Both the position numbers and the translations under genes were made by a program. Shown piece after piece: positions 52,687-62,583 of a stretch of 64,000 nt of DNA. The notes under the pieces are model-generated. The model saw only the letters and a program-made list of their open reading frames with translations, was not told where the DNA came from and made no database searches. The DNA is from Candidatus Thorarchaeota archaeon. Its GTDB lineage: Archaea; Asgardarchaeota; Thorarchaeia; Thorarchaeales; Thorarchaeaceae. Each line of letters begins with the position of its first letter. The first letter of the stretch is position 1. The stretch spans positions 1 to 64,000 of the forward strand of contig CAVSBO010000010.1 of assembly GCA_963726195.1 (NCBI GenBank). Reading direction: 5' to 3'.

Positions 52687-53574
52687 TCAGCTCTTCAGGT
52701 GCGAAAGTATTGAGTCCGCAGGCACACGATTCATTCGAAGCCCGATGGCATCCTCATTGATTCCTAGTGCTAGGGCCAGAATCTGTGGATAGAGCAACAC
52801 TGGTAAGTCATACACCTCCCCATAGGAGTCCTTCAACCCTATTTGTTGGAGGTCTAGCTGATTCCCGCAGGCCGGACATACTACTGTCGCGAATTCTGCT
52901 CCGGCCTCCTTCATGGAACGTATCTTGTCCCTCGCGAGTCGAATTGCCAGAGGCTCATTAACGGGCAGAACTGTAGCACCACAGCACTGCTTCCAAAGGG
53001 GATACTCGACCACCCTAGCACCAGTGGCCCGGACCAACGCCTCCAGCATCTCAGGCTTGAATTCTGTTACATCATTCGGGCGAAGAAGGTGGCAGCCATA
53101 GTGAATCGAGATGCCAACACCGTCAAGCGGTCTCGTAATCTTATGTTGAATCTCCTCAATCCCGATGTCGGTATAAAGTGCTTCGATTACATGGCGAACC
53201 TTGACCGTACCCTTGAATTCCAGACCCATTTTCTTGAGTTCTTTGTTTACGCGCAATTGGTCTTTTTCATCGTGCTTCAAGTGATGCTGCACGTCCTTCA
53301 AGGAGCCGAAGCATCCGTTGCATGGAGTAACTATGTCATGCCCGTTCTTCTCAGCTATCGCAAGAGTGCGTCCATTGACAACAAGCCAGCCGAAGTAATC
53401 GATTGATCGTAGATTAGGGCTACCACAACACGCGACGTCCGTCATGTACTCGAATTCCATACCGAGCGCTTCGCCAACCTTCATCATGGCTGCTTCATAG
53501 TTGGGGTAGTTGGCTGGGACACTGCAGCCCATGTAGAGGTTGTACGTTGGCATTTCAGGTACCACCTTCTGCAA
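52687..53574 (-). CDS. hdrB: Heterodisulfide reductase subunit B
   Basis: Two CCG motifs, TPCNGC, HYGCHLLRP. Confidence 0.9.
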   Translation of the reverse strand: MQKVVPEMPTYNLYMGCSVPANYPNYEAAMMKVGEALGMEFEYMTDVACCGSPNLRSIDYFGWLVVNGRTLAIAEKNGHDIVTPCNGCFGSLKDVQHHLKHDEKDQLRVNKELKKMGLEFKGTVKVRHVIEALYTDIGIEEIQHKITRPLDGVGISIHYGCHLLRPNDVTEFKPEMLEALVRATGARVVEYPLWKQCCGATVLPVNEPLAIRLARDKIRSMKEAGAEFATVVCPACGNQLDLQQIGLKDSYGEVYDLPVLLYPQILALALGINEDAIGLRMNRVPADSILSHLKS

Positions 53575-54097
53575 GTTTACCAGTCCGGGTCTCTTTCAGA
53601 ATCTGTCTGATTCCGTCGGTGGAGAGCCCTGGCACTGCAGCTTGAAGCCCTAAATCCTCGCGTTCCCAATCTGCAGTCACAACATAGAGCTGACCCTTGT
53701 CCATCAACTCCTTCGCAAGTGCAAGAATCTTCTCTGGCACCTTTCTTTCCTCTCCCGCTAGATTCTTGCAATCGAATAGTATGTCTGTGATGCGTACTTT
53801 CTGAGGACAACGTTCTTGGCACTGGAAACAGGTCAAACATTCCCAGATCTCTTTGCTAGACAAGACCTCACTGCGCATACCGAGGAGAATCATACGGATT
53901 AGTTGGTGAGGCTTGTACTTCCACTGATTCGCAATGGGACATGCCGCTGTGCATGTCGAGCATGCAAAACAGGCGGCGAGCTCTTCACCATTAGGCATGC
54001 TTCGTATTTCGTCCCGGAAGTTAGAATCGAGCTGGGACATATCAATCGGTTCGACAAGGGTCACCGGCGGACCAGCTATCTCTTTTGTCTCAGCCAT
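53555..54097 (-). CDS. hdrC: Heterodisulfide reductase subunit C
   Basis: CFACSTCTAACP; WECLTCFQCQERCP. Confidence 0.9.
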   Translation of the reverse strand: MAETKEIAGPPVTLVEPIDMSQLDSNFRDEIRSMPNGEELAACFACSTCTAACPIANQWKYKPHQLIRMILLGMRSEVLSSKEIWECLTCFQCQERCPQKVRITDILFDCKNLAGEERKVPEKILALAKELMDKGQLYVVTADWEREDLGLQAAVPGLSTDGIRQILKETRTGKLAEGGT

Positions 54098-54491
54098 TGG
54101 AGAAGCACCACCGAAGGCAAATTCGCCTGCTTGGGTCGCTGCGAGTGCGGGATTCTAGCCCCCATTTAAGAGTTTCACAATCGACCGCAGAATTGCATCT
54201 CACATGACCGGATGGCCTGCAATCCGGAGACCGCGGCCAAGAAGAGTGGCCTGATGACTCATACCGTAGGTAAGTCTGGTCTAGTGTAACCTTCTCTGTA
54301 CACGAGTCCCATAACAAGGAACATACCCATGAAAAGGCCTATCTCGTATAGCAGGATTATTACCGGGTTCTTGGTGCTTAGGGGATACAGAACGGTCGCT
54401 TGCAACGCAATTGCCACCGATACCAATCCCGCAAGAATCAGAATCCAGCGTCCTGTTGGTGGCATAAGATACGAGAAGAAGAATGCCCTTC

Positions 54492-54791
54492 TTATGGATT
54501 TCGTGCGGCGACTATCATGGAATCAACTCTGAATTTCATGATGTCACAGAGACTCAGAGAGTCTTGGCGAAGCTGCGAGAGAGCCCGCAGCACATATCCC
54601 TTCAGACGATTGGGGTCTGCTTGTATCTTGTCCGTTGTAGACCCCCTATCCTCGGAGAGTAATCGGAGGACATTCGTGAGAGCTATCTGCATTTTCTCGT
54701 GTTTCCTATCGATTTCTTCGCGTGCAGTGATGATTTGAGCGGAGAGCTCGGTGAGTTGATTGACTAGCTTTTCTTGAGACATCTCATCCAT
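54492..54791 (-). CDS. Hypothetical coiled-coil protein
   Basis: Overlaps the GINS stop; co-oriented. Confidence 0.55.
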   Translation of the reverse strand: MDEMSQEKLVNQLTELSAQIITAREEIDRKHEKMQIALTNVLRLLSEDRGSTTDKIQADPNRLKGYVLRALSQLRQDSLSLCDIMKFRVDSMIVAARNP

Positions 54792-55413
54792 GCGCCCTTG
54801 GCTTGTCTATTACCACTCTGGCAACCGTGCCATCACGAAGCCATCCACGTGCGTTCTCTATCGGAATCATGGCGTTATCGCCCACTTTGAACGGGCCATA
54901 GGTGGCTTCGTCCAACCCCACGAAGGCTTGCTCCACAGGACGTAGAAAGACAACACTGACGTATTCTACTTCTTCTGACTCCGATGATTTCGTTGCAGAT
55001 TCTTCCCCTTCCACGGGCACGTTGCCCGAGGAAGCACTTGATAGAACGGTCTTCACGAACTCAATGTGACCATCGACAGCCCGCACGAGCCTATTGTAGA
55101 ACTCTTCCTCTGCAAGTGTCATACTTCCAAGAGGGCGTCTTTGTGCGAGAGCGGCACTCAGTATTTTCTTTTCTCGAAGCCTTAGCAGATCATTCAACAT
55201 GAACTCCAAGTTCGTCGCCTCTTGGGTCAACAAGTCTGCCTTGAGGAAATCCTCGGCCGGCGTTTCCGCCAGAAGAAGCCGCACACTCGAGAGATACGAA
55301 GTCATTCTTGTGAGACGCAGATCATCTAGGTCCTTGAGCTCATCGCTATCGACCTCTGCTTGCCAGGAGTTCTTTATTTCGTTGTAGACTGTTTCACTCA
55401 ATCGTAGCCACAC
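54784..55413 (-). CDS. GINS complex subunit (Gins51-like)
   Basis: LRLREKKIL, MTLAEEEFY, B-domain 'GLDEATYGPFKVGD'; downstream of priS. Confidence 0.8.
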   Translation of the reverse strand: MWLRLSETVYNEIKNSWQAEVDSDELKDLDDLRLTRMTSYLSSVRLLLAETPAEDFLKADLLTQEATNLEFMLNDLLRLREKKILSAALAQRRPLGSMTLAEEEFYNRLVRAVDGHIEFVKTVLSSASSGNVPVEGEESATKSSESEEVEYVSVVFLRPVEQAFVGLDEATYGPFKVGDNAMIPIENARGWLRDGTVARVVIDKPRAHG

Positions 55414-56774
55414 CTTTGCAGAGAATGAAGACCGCCGCCGCCATTGGCAACTCTACTTGGTCATCGTCGTAGGGTCCATACTCATCATCACCTATTCTGA
55501 ATTTGGGAACTCCCACACCTCCGCCCGTAATCCTCACTTTCAACGATCCCGTCGTAAATGCCAGCGCGTCTTTGAACGGGTCGAATGCTTCGATAGTGTC
55601 ACGAGCGAGAGGTACTACGTTGAATCCGGTCTTGCCGTTTAGACTTCCTATCAAACGAATCACTCTGTGTATGTCATGGGTAACGGGTACGTCGATTTTG
55701 CCACCGTATAGTGCGACTGCTTGTGCAGCGATTTCTTGCCAATACTTGACGCCTAAACCCTTCACCGGGATACTAAGACTAGGTGGAACCCGTAGGAGAT
55801 TTTCAATCGCTGCGGTCTTGTACTTGCGCAATGGTTCAACCCATCGTTCCTTTCCACCATAGGAATCGACGTTTCTGATGAATTCTACCATCGCTGCCAT
55901 CATCTTTCGAGGCCAACCCGGAACGTTGCCTGTGAGGAGTGCCATGGATGTCTCCGTGATGAATTTCTGGCTGTTGAAACCTAGCCCGTTGATATACTGG
56001 ATAATCTCAATTCGCCCGTCCGCATCTAACTTGAAGACTCTCGGGTCCCTCACGCGCACGTGATACCCTCGATGACCGCTATAGTTGAGCTGAATCTGTT
56101 GGGGGTCAATTCCGAAGTCGCTGGTTAGAAACTCATCATACAGCTTCAGCGTGTATCTCTTCGCATCACCGAGACAACGATCGCAGAGCCATTTGCGGAC
56201 GGTAATGCTCTCACTTCCGCACTTTGTGCATTTTTCCTCGGGAGGAACACCCTTACCCATCTCATTGCACTCAGGATTGTTGCATCTCCATGCATCGTGG
56301 TCCTGCGAACACGGGCAATCAAGATGATCTGCATCAATGTCAAACACGAGCTCTGCGCCCTGCCAACCCTTTTCTTCCATGCTTCGAGATACCGGTATAT
56401 TGTAGAATGCTGCAGAATGGTATACACTATGTGGTGCAGAAACCACCAGGTCATTTCTGAGCGCGTCTGGTGATCGGTAACCCAGATGACGAGTCCAGCT
56501 AGTCATCTGGACCTCCGGAGAGCCACAGTTCGGACAGACCTTGAGCTTCTTGAAGGACCGCCCTGACTGACCACAACCCACGTTCGTTCTCAGTCCCAGA
56601 GGCATCGTGCGTTCTTCGTTCCGGACATCTCCAGATGAAGTCCCAGCTCTCCATCCCAAACTCGCGCATGTGAAGACGTTCGGGCACATCAACTCGATCG
56701 GCGTTTGCGCGGTAGTAGTCTTGGAACATCAGCTGCAGGAACTTGGACTTTGTTTCTTGCCCGCGTACGGCCAT
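55394..56774 (-). CDS. priS: DNA primase small subunit (frameshift ~56600)
   Basis: REFG in ORF 56499-56774; ELVFDIDAD, YSGHRGYH, IDVPVT.D.HR.IR. Confidence 0.88.
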
Positions 56775-56803
56775 GACAATGCAGCGACCGAGACCAACAG
56801 GAA

Positions 56804-57556
56804 CTATCTTCGCTCTACACGAGGGGCGAGAACGAAGCTAATTCTGCCACCCTCGGCAATCCCGAACTCCATCATCATGGGTTTGTTTGTGCTGAACTGA
56901 AGAACGACGCTGTCACTGGACATTGCTTTGGATATTTCCGAGAGGTAGTTCAGAGCGTACATGGACGTACTGTCCTTCTCAATCTTCAGTTCATAGAGAA
57001 GAGACTCGTCTCCCATCTTCAAGGAAACCTGTGCTTCGCCCGTATCGCCTTCTCCGGAAAATGATATCGTATCACCATGTGTGCTAATCTTCACGTGGCT
57101 CGAAACAACGCCTATGTCCTTCACAGCCTGCTTGAACGCTTCAGCGTACATCTCTGCTCGTGCATCAAAAGACAGTGCCGGCTTCTTCGTTCTGTCCTCA
57201 GGAGGACTAAGCATTTGAAGCTTGAACAAGCGTTCGGCCTGACCTAGCATCTTGATTTCGAAACGCTGCTCAGTCTCATTAAGATTGAACTCAAGCCTGT
57301 CATCACCAGCCATGCGCTTGCTGACCTTCGTGAGTTCATCAATTCCAAGACAGATGTCATGCTCGCCTTTGCAGCTATACTCTTGAAACAGCCCTGCAGG
57401 AAGAGTGAGATCAATCATGGCAGCTTTGGTTGAGTCAAGTTGACGCAGCATGAGGCCGGTCTCTGAAGCAACGAAATGAGCTTCAGTTAACAATGTAGCC
57501 AGTGCATCTACTATTTGTTTCCAAGTCTTCGTGCTATCAAGTGTCGCATGAAACAT
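56804..57556 (-). CDS. pcn: Proliferating cell nuclear antigen
   Basis: PCNA-typical sequence ending FVLAPRVE. Confidence 0.95.
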   Translation of the reverse strand: MFHATLDSTKTWKQIVDALATLLTEAHFVASETGLMLRQLDSTKAAMIDLTLPAGLFQEYSCKGEHDICLGIDELTKVSKRMAGDDRLEFNLNETEQRFEIKMLGQAERLFKLQMLSPPEDRTKKPALSFDARAEMYAEAFKQAVKDIGVVSSHVKISTHGDTISFSGEGDTGEAQVSLKMGDESLLYELKIEKDSTSMYALNYLSEISKAMSSDSVVLQFSTNKPMMMEFGIAEGGRISFVLAPRVERR

Positions 57557-57570
57557 CTCAGTACCTCCAT

Positions 57571-57942
57571 TTATCGGGCCATTGCACGGGTTATTCGTTC
57601 CTCCAGATCCAGCGCCTGTTTGTATTCCTTGATATCGAGAGGATTGATATTCAGAACCTGAGAGGCTGCAAACATTAGCTCTTTTCCCTTCGGCCCGTTC
57701 TTCTCCGTTAAGCCGCCTATCAGCATGTACTTCTGTGCGACTTCGAGTCTTCCTTCCACTAGTGCCCTAATTTGTCTTGCCTTCCCCACGTCGTCATAGA
57801 TGTCTTGCACAAGCGCCAAGCCGGGTGTCGACTCTACAACGATACACATTATCCTCACAGGGCCCTTCGTGTTGGCGGACAAGGTACGTACTGTGGCAAG
57901 CCTGGCAGATTGCGTACGGGGAATCCTTTGTTCCTCAGTCAA
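57571..57942 (-). CDS. Small OB-fold protein, RPA3/RPA14-like
   Basis: 123 aa beta-rich OB-like pattern with C-terminal helix, in the replication cluster. Confidence 0.5.
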   Translation of the reverse strand: MTEEQRIPRTQSARLATVRTLSANTKGPVRIMCIVVESTPGLALVQDIYDDVGKARQIRALVEGRLEVAQKYMLIGGLTEKNGPKGKELMFAASQVLNINPLDIKEYKQALDLEERITRAMAR

Positions 57943-58228
57943 GATGTCCGCACCAACAGATGTTGCTGAACAGAGTATGCTCTGTGCTCAAGTTCTTGAA
58001 ACTCGTGATATAAGAATGTATAAGTCTAGCGCCGTTCATTCTTAGCTAGAGAAACTTAGACATTCGTGATTGCGGGGGTCTTATGACTGTGGAACAGAGT
58101 GGAGAATCCACGTGGCATATTGGCATGCTGCTGGCCGAAGATCTATCAGGAACGTACAATCTCGAAAGGCTCTTTGGGTTTTGAGTCATTGTCCGATAGA
58201 TTTGTCCTGAATACGCATACAAGATGCT

Positions 58229-59710
58229 TTGGAGGGGATTCTCAGGTACTTCGATAATCTAAGGGACAGGCAGATACTCCTCCTCATTTTTCTGATTTCT
58301 TTGGTCGGGCGTTTGACTGTAATCTTGGTGCTAGGGCAGGAACAAAACCTGTACGAGAACGGAGCCATTGCCCTCAATCTGGTCTCAGGCAATGGCTTCT
58401 CGTTTGCTGCATTTCCGCCGGCTACACCAGTACAGGAAACCTGCGTGATGTCGCCATTTTACCCGTATTTTCTTGCTGTATCTTACCTTCTTTTCGGTGT
58501 CAATACGATGGCCCTCGCGTTCATACAGGTAATCCAAGCACTAGTCGGATCAGTCACTGTATATCCCCTCTATTACTTGGCGAGGGACTGCTACTCAAAG
58601 AGGACCGGACTGCTTTCGGTTCTAATCTTCGCTGTATTCCCGGATTTCCTGCATTGGTCCTATCTTATCCAACAGCTTACCTTCACAACATTCTCTGTAG
58701 TGAGTATCGTGTATCTGTTTAGCCTCTTCAACAGAGATCCAACACTCCGAAAATCGCTTGCACTTGGTCTGGTTGCTGCATTCGGACTCCTTGTCGACCC
58801 AGTTGTTGTATCGGTAGTAGGCCTGATGTTCATCTGGATCCTGTTTGCGCTCGTCAAACAGAGGCTTGGTCATGGCACGCCATCGACCAAGGATGTCAGG
58901 CTCAAGGCTCTTGGTCTCATTCTTGCGGTAGCAGTCTGTGGTCTTGCCATTGCACCTTGGGAGCTGCGATGCCTACAAGTCTATGATGGCCGTCTTGTGT
59001 TCATCAAGGCTAGCGGGTTCAACCTATGGCGTGGGAACAACCCGAACTACACCGATACTGGAATACCCTCATGGGTGACCACGGACCTTCTGTCGAAACT
59101 CAACACAACAAGGGAAGGGGACATAGATAGCGCGCTTGGGCAGTCTGCTTGCACGTACATGACAACACACATCCCCCAGACACTGGCAAATGCAGTAAGG
59201 AAGCTCATAGATCTATGGTGGTTTCCTAAGGCATTTCCCGAGGAATCGCCCTTGCTGAGACAGCTCCTTTACGCTCCGTTGCTGCTACTTGCTCTCTTTG
59301 CTCTTCTTATAGACCGCAAAGGGCTAGTCCAGGTTGTTCCTGTTCTTCTTCCTTTGATAGCGTTCTCGGCTCTGTACTCAGTGGTTTTCGTGTTGGCGCA
59401 CCACCGAATACCAATAGAACCGATTCTCTTCATTCTTTCTGCAAGAGGCCTAGAATATGCGGCGACTCGTCTGCTCAGAAGACCCGGATTTGGAAGAAGA
59501 AACGGCTCCGGGCAATGCATAACTGTGTATGCCCAACTTTGTCCAAGTTCGCTGTGGGTGTTGTCTAGCGCCCGCCATAGTAGCGCCAAGTCTGTTTACA
59601 CTTGGTGCATCTGTAGAATTCAGTCATGCCTTCATCACCGGCTCTTGTTTGAACCGTCCAATAGTATGCCTCGTCATTTCCGCAATTCGGACATGTGGCA
59701 GCAACCTTAG
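58229..59710 (+). CDS. GT-C (ArnT/PMT-like) membrane glycosyltransferase
   Basis: Many TM segments; P.YPYFLA, NLWRGNNP, R.P.EP motifs; 3' end overlapping tfs is likely an artefact. Confidence 0.75.
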   Translation: MEGILRYFDNLRDRQILLLIFLISLVGRLTVILVLGQEQNLYENGAIALNLVSGNGFSFAAFPPATPVQETCVMSPFYPYFLAVSYLLFGVNTMALAFIQVIQALVGSVTVYPLYYLARDCYSKRTGLLSVLIFAVFPDFLHWSYLIQQLTFTTFSVVSIVYLFSLFNRDPTLRKSLALGLVAAFGLLVDPVVVSVVGLMFIWILFALVKQRLGHGTPSTKDVRLKALGLILAVAVCGLAIAPWELRCLQVYDGRLVFIKASGFNLWRGNNPNYTDTGIPSWVTTDLLSKLNTTREGDIDSALGQSACTYMTTHIPQTLANAVRKLIDLWWFPKAFPEESPLLRQLLYAPLLLLALFALLIDRKGLVQVVPVLLPLIAFSALYSVVFVLAHHRIPIEPILFILSARGLEYAATRLLRRPGFGRRNGSGQCITVYAQLCPSSLWVLSSARHSSAKSVYTWCICRIQSCLHHRLLFEPSNSMPRHFRNSDMWQQP

Positions 59711-59897
59711 GCATGGGGATGGATTCGTCATCTACAACCACGATTTTGTCATGAGGTGTCCTCCTCATGTTCTCTGACACTTTCATTTCGCCAGCAAGTT
59801 TCATAGTATGGCCGCAACTCCTGCACTTCATAATCTTCTTGCCGTTTTCATCAACAGCAGGGACCATCATGGAACCGCACTTATCACAGAACTGCAC
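59565..59897 (-). CDS. tfs: Transcription factor S
   Basis: FCDKCG...CPNCG...QTRAGDEGMTEFYRC. Confidence 0.92.
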   Translation of the reverse strand: MQFCDKCGSMMVPAVDENGKKIMKCRSCGHTMKLAGEMKVSENMRRTPHDKIVVVDDESIPMPKVAATCPNCGNDEAYYWTVQTRAGDEGMTEFYRCTKCKQTWRYYGGR

Positions 59898-59991
59898 AGG
59901 ATTTCACCACACATTCTCCTGCCTACGAGATAGCAGTCAATTAAGGCTTGCTGACCGGACACGAGCCATCGTGATTGATTTTCTGTTCAAA

Positions 59992-60420
59992 CTAACAGAC
60001 CGGCAACTGATTCGTGACCTGCTCAAGCAGATACTGGAAAGCCTGAACCGCTGACTCGTCTTCTCTTTTTGCACTCTTTGTGGTCTGGGCCAACAGATTC
60101 TTTCCAAGGGAGTCGACAATTGATTCGATTGTTGTCCTTCGGTTGAGCCAAAGCCAAGCCATGAGGGCTTCATAGGCGTCAGCTGCATCTCCCGGGTCGG
60201 TCCTGTGACCTACACTGGCGTATATCGGGCTGGTACGAATTGCACGCGCCAACACGCTATCCTTGACCTTTTCACCAGTAGGACAACCGATGACAATCGA
60301 TTTTGCAAGGGAATAGCAGAGATTCACAAGGCTATCGCCAAGCTTTGCTAGGCCGGCATCGTTCATGATGTCATGAAGCGTCGTATGGCTTGCTAGACAG
60401 TCCCAAGCCATCCAAACCAC
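59992..60420 (-). CDS. Archaeal RNase III-family protein
   Basis: LAKLGDSLVN, ADAYEAL motifs. Confidence 0.8.
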   Translation of the reverse strand: MVWMAWDCLASHTTLHDIMNDAGLAKLGDSLVNLCYSLAKSIVIGCPTGEKVKDSVLARAIRTSPIYASVGHRTDPGDAADAYEALMAWLWLNRRTTIESIVDSLGKNLLAQTTKSAKREDESAVQAFQYLLEQVTNQLPVC

Positions 60421-60443
60421 CCGACCACGTTCGTCTAATCAGA

Positions 60444-60740
60444 CTATTCGACCTCGTGCTGGGAGGCCATCTGGTGAAACCGCTTCCTGAACTCCTCAGT
60501 CCGTGCAAGCATCTTCTCTAGTCCTTCTCTCACGACAACGTTCGCTTGGCGCCTCTTAGTTCTTAGAGTAAACACCGGATTCGCAAGCAGCGGGTGTTCA
60601 ATGTTATAGCCAGCGAAATCCACCGATTCTTCTTCAAGAAGAGTCTTGCGTAGAAGATTGCAGAAAGAGTGATCTTCCCCGATAATTTCCGCTACAAGCA
60701 CGTACTTCGAGTTCTCAATAACCTTTAGCTCCAATTTCAT
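60444..60740 (-). CDS. rpoL: RNA polymerase subunit Rpo11 (L)
   Basis: GEDHSFCNLLR...YNIEHPL. Confidence 0.93.
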   Translation of the reverse strand: MKLELKVIENSKYVLVAEIIGEDHSFCNLLRKTLLEEESVDFAGYNIEHPLLANPVFTLRTKRRQANVVVREGLEKMLARTEEFRKRFHQMASQHEVE

Positions 60741-61534
60741 TGCCTCCTGCCTCGCGGACGCCTGTCATCTTCGCGAGTCGTGCGATGAATTGGCCGGGAA
60801 GGTGCTCCGCGGCTACGTTCCCTCGATTCACCACTTCTGGTAGGGCGTCTCTCGCGGAAAGTCTCGCGGTCACGTCGAGGACGTTCGCTATCATAGCGTT
60901 TCTCATCATAGGATCTCTTGCGCGGTGCAAGGTCGGGCCTAGGTTCCAAGCCAAATCTTTGACCGTAGTCGGCTGCTACCTCACGAGTTTCGCGATTCTC
61001 ACATCTCAGACAAACAAGATTATTCCCGGTTGTTAAGGAAAGCGAATTCCCACACTTCGAGCATTTTGCAAGCATGACACCAAGTTTGGGTCCTACCAGC
61101 GTGAGCTGCACTGGTATCGTGTGAGTGTTGGTCGCCATCGCTCGCAAGATATCTCCTGGCTTAATCACATCAAACATGGACTTGACATATCTTCTAGTGA
61201 CATTGCTGATGTGAATCTCGCCAAGGAAAGGACTTGGAACATCAACATCGTTGCGTTTGACCAGACTAACCTCGGCACGTTGTTCGTAGGCGTTCACAAC
61301 CTCGCCCATGAGGGTGTCACCCTTCATTGGAAGAGCAATTCTCACGCTGCCATCGCTCTCAAGGACCTTTATGCTGCGCTCCTTGAGATCGATATGCACG
61401 GCTCCTGAAGCAGCCGCATACACAAAGCCCTCCTGCTCGTATGTGCCAAAACCCGGGGAAAGCTCCTCAATAACACACAGTTGATCGCCCGGTACTACTA
61501 CATCGCCGCTCTTCACATCAGCCATTTCGGTCAC
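60737..61534 (-). CDS. csl4: Exosome RNA-binding subunit Csl4
   Basis: VVPGD.L..IEE..PG.GTY, S1 domain, Zn ribbon. Confidence 0.9.
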   Translation of the reverse strand: MTEMADVKSGDVVVPGDQLCVIEELSPGFGTYEQEGFVYAAASGAVHIDLKERSIKVLESDGSVRIALPMKGDTLMGEVVNAYEQRAEVSLVKRNDVDVPSPFLGEIHISNVTRRYVKSMFDVIKPGDILRAMATNTHTIPVQLTLVGPKLGVMLAKCSKCGNSLSLTTGNNLVCLRCENRETREVAADYGQRFGLEPRPDLAPRKRSYDEKRYDSERPRRDRETFRERRPTRSGESRERSRGAPSRPIHRTTREDDRRPRGRRQ

Positions 61535-62229
61535 GCCCTTCTGGATACACGGTAAAGGTCAACCGCAATCAGGTGCATTTCCTTCTTATGAAAGTCATAA
61601 ATCCTTGGAATGGGGAACTGGAAGGTTTCTATTTGTGTCACTTCTCCATTTAGTTCCTCTATTGCGCGCTTGAGGAACTCTCGGTTTTTCTCTATCGCGA
61701 GATGCATACTGTATGTCACAGCAGCTATGGATACTGCCTTCCCAAGGAACTTCAGGTCCGCGCCTCTCTTCTTCACGCCGAAGGGCGGGTTGCTCACCAC
61801 AGTATCAATGGGTTCTGTTACTTCGATGGAAGCGACGTCCCCAAGAACCCAGTCTGTTGTGCCTTCTGTCCCAAGCAGAACGGAGTTCCTTTGTGAGACC
61901 TTTAAGGCTTTGGTTTGAATATCAATCCCAACAACGCGTTTTGCACCAAGTAATGCTGCGCCGATTCCGAATATGCCGTCTCCGCACCCGAGATCGAGCA
62001 CGGTCTTGCCTATGATGTCGCCGTGTTCCATCTCCGCAGCGAACAGGACTGACGCGGCAATCGAGGCGGAAGTGGGATAACTCTCGAGGCTGACTTCGCG
62101 TTCGTCCAAGCGCTCTATTGACTGCAAAGCAATCTCGAGATCCCTCAAACGCAAATACACATCACTCCGGTTGTCAGGCGTCCTCAACTCTTCGATGGGA
62201 GATAGCAGACATGCCTTCGAGCTCGCCAC
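61531..62229 (-). CDS. METTL5-like RNA methyltransferase
   Basis: LESYPT, LDLGCGDG, NPPFG. Confidence 0.88.
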   Translation of the reverse strand: MASSKACLLSPIEELRTPDNRSDVYLRLRDLEIALQSIERLDEREVSLESYPTSASIAASVLFAAEMEHGDIIGKTVLDLGCGDGIFGIGAALLGAKRVVGIDIQTKALKVSQRNSVLLGTEGTTDWVLGDVASIEVTEPIDTVVSNPPFGVKKRGADLKFLGKAVSIAAVTYSMHLAIEKNREFLKRAIEELNGEVTQIETFQFPIPRIYDFHKKEMHLIAVDLYRVSRRA

Positions 62230-62527
62230 TTCAGAGAAATGCGTGAAGCGGCCGCCTTGGGTGCAGCCTGCATCGTGATGAAGCCCTATGATGATTTAAG
62301 TCCGCGTCTTCGGTACTGAGTTTGTGAAATGAATAACGCTGGACGTTCCCTCTGTTCATCTAAAGCTAGAGATGGAAGAGGACCAGAGCTTGAGCTGATT
62401 TAGAAATGCATTCTGCTCTTTCCCAACCACTCGAACCGGCGGCAGTGGCACAAAGCTGTACCTGGGAACAGCGCCAAGGAATTCCCACGTAATACCCAGT
62501 CTTTTATCTCGTCCAGACGCTCCACCG

Positions 62528-62546
62528 GTTCCATCGGAAACAGCGG
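62528..62546 (+). promoter_or_regulatory. ORB-like (origin recognition box) motif upstream of cdc6
   Basis: GTTCCATCGGAAACAGCGG resembles the ORB core GTTCCAGTGGAAAC. Confidence 0.35.
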
Positions 62547-62583
62547 AACGAGAGGTCAACTGTCGCGGAGGCAAGCACAAGAC

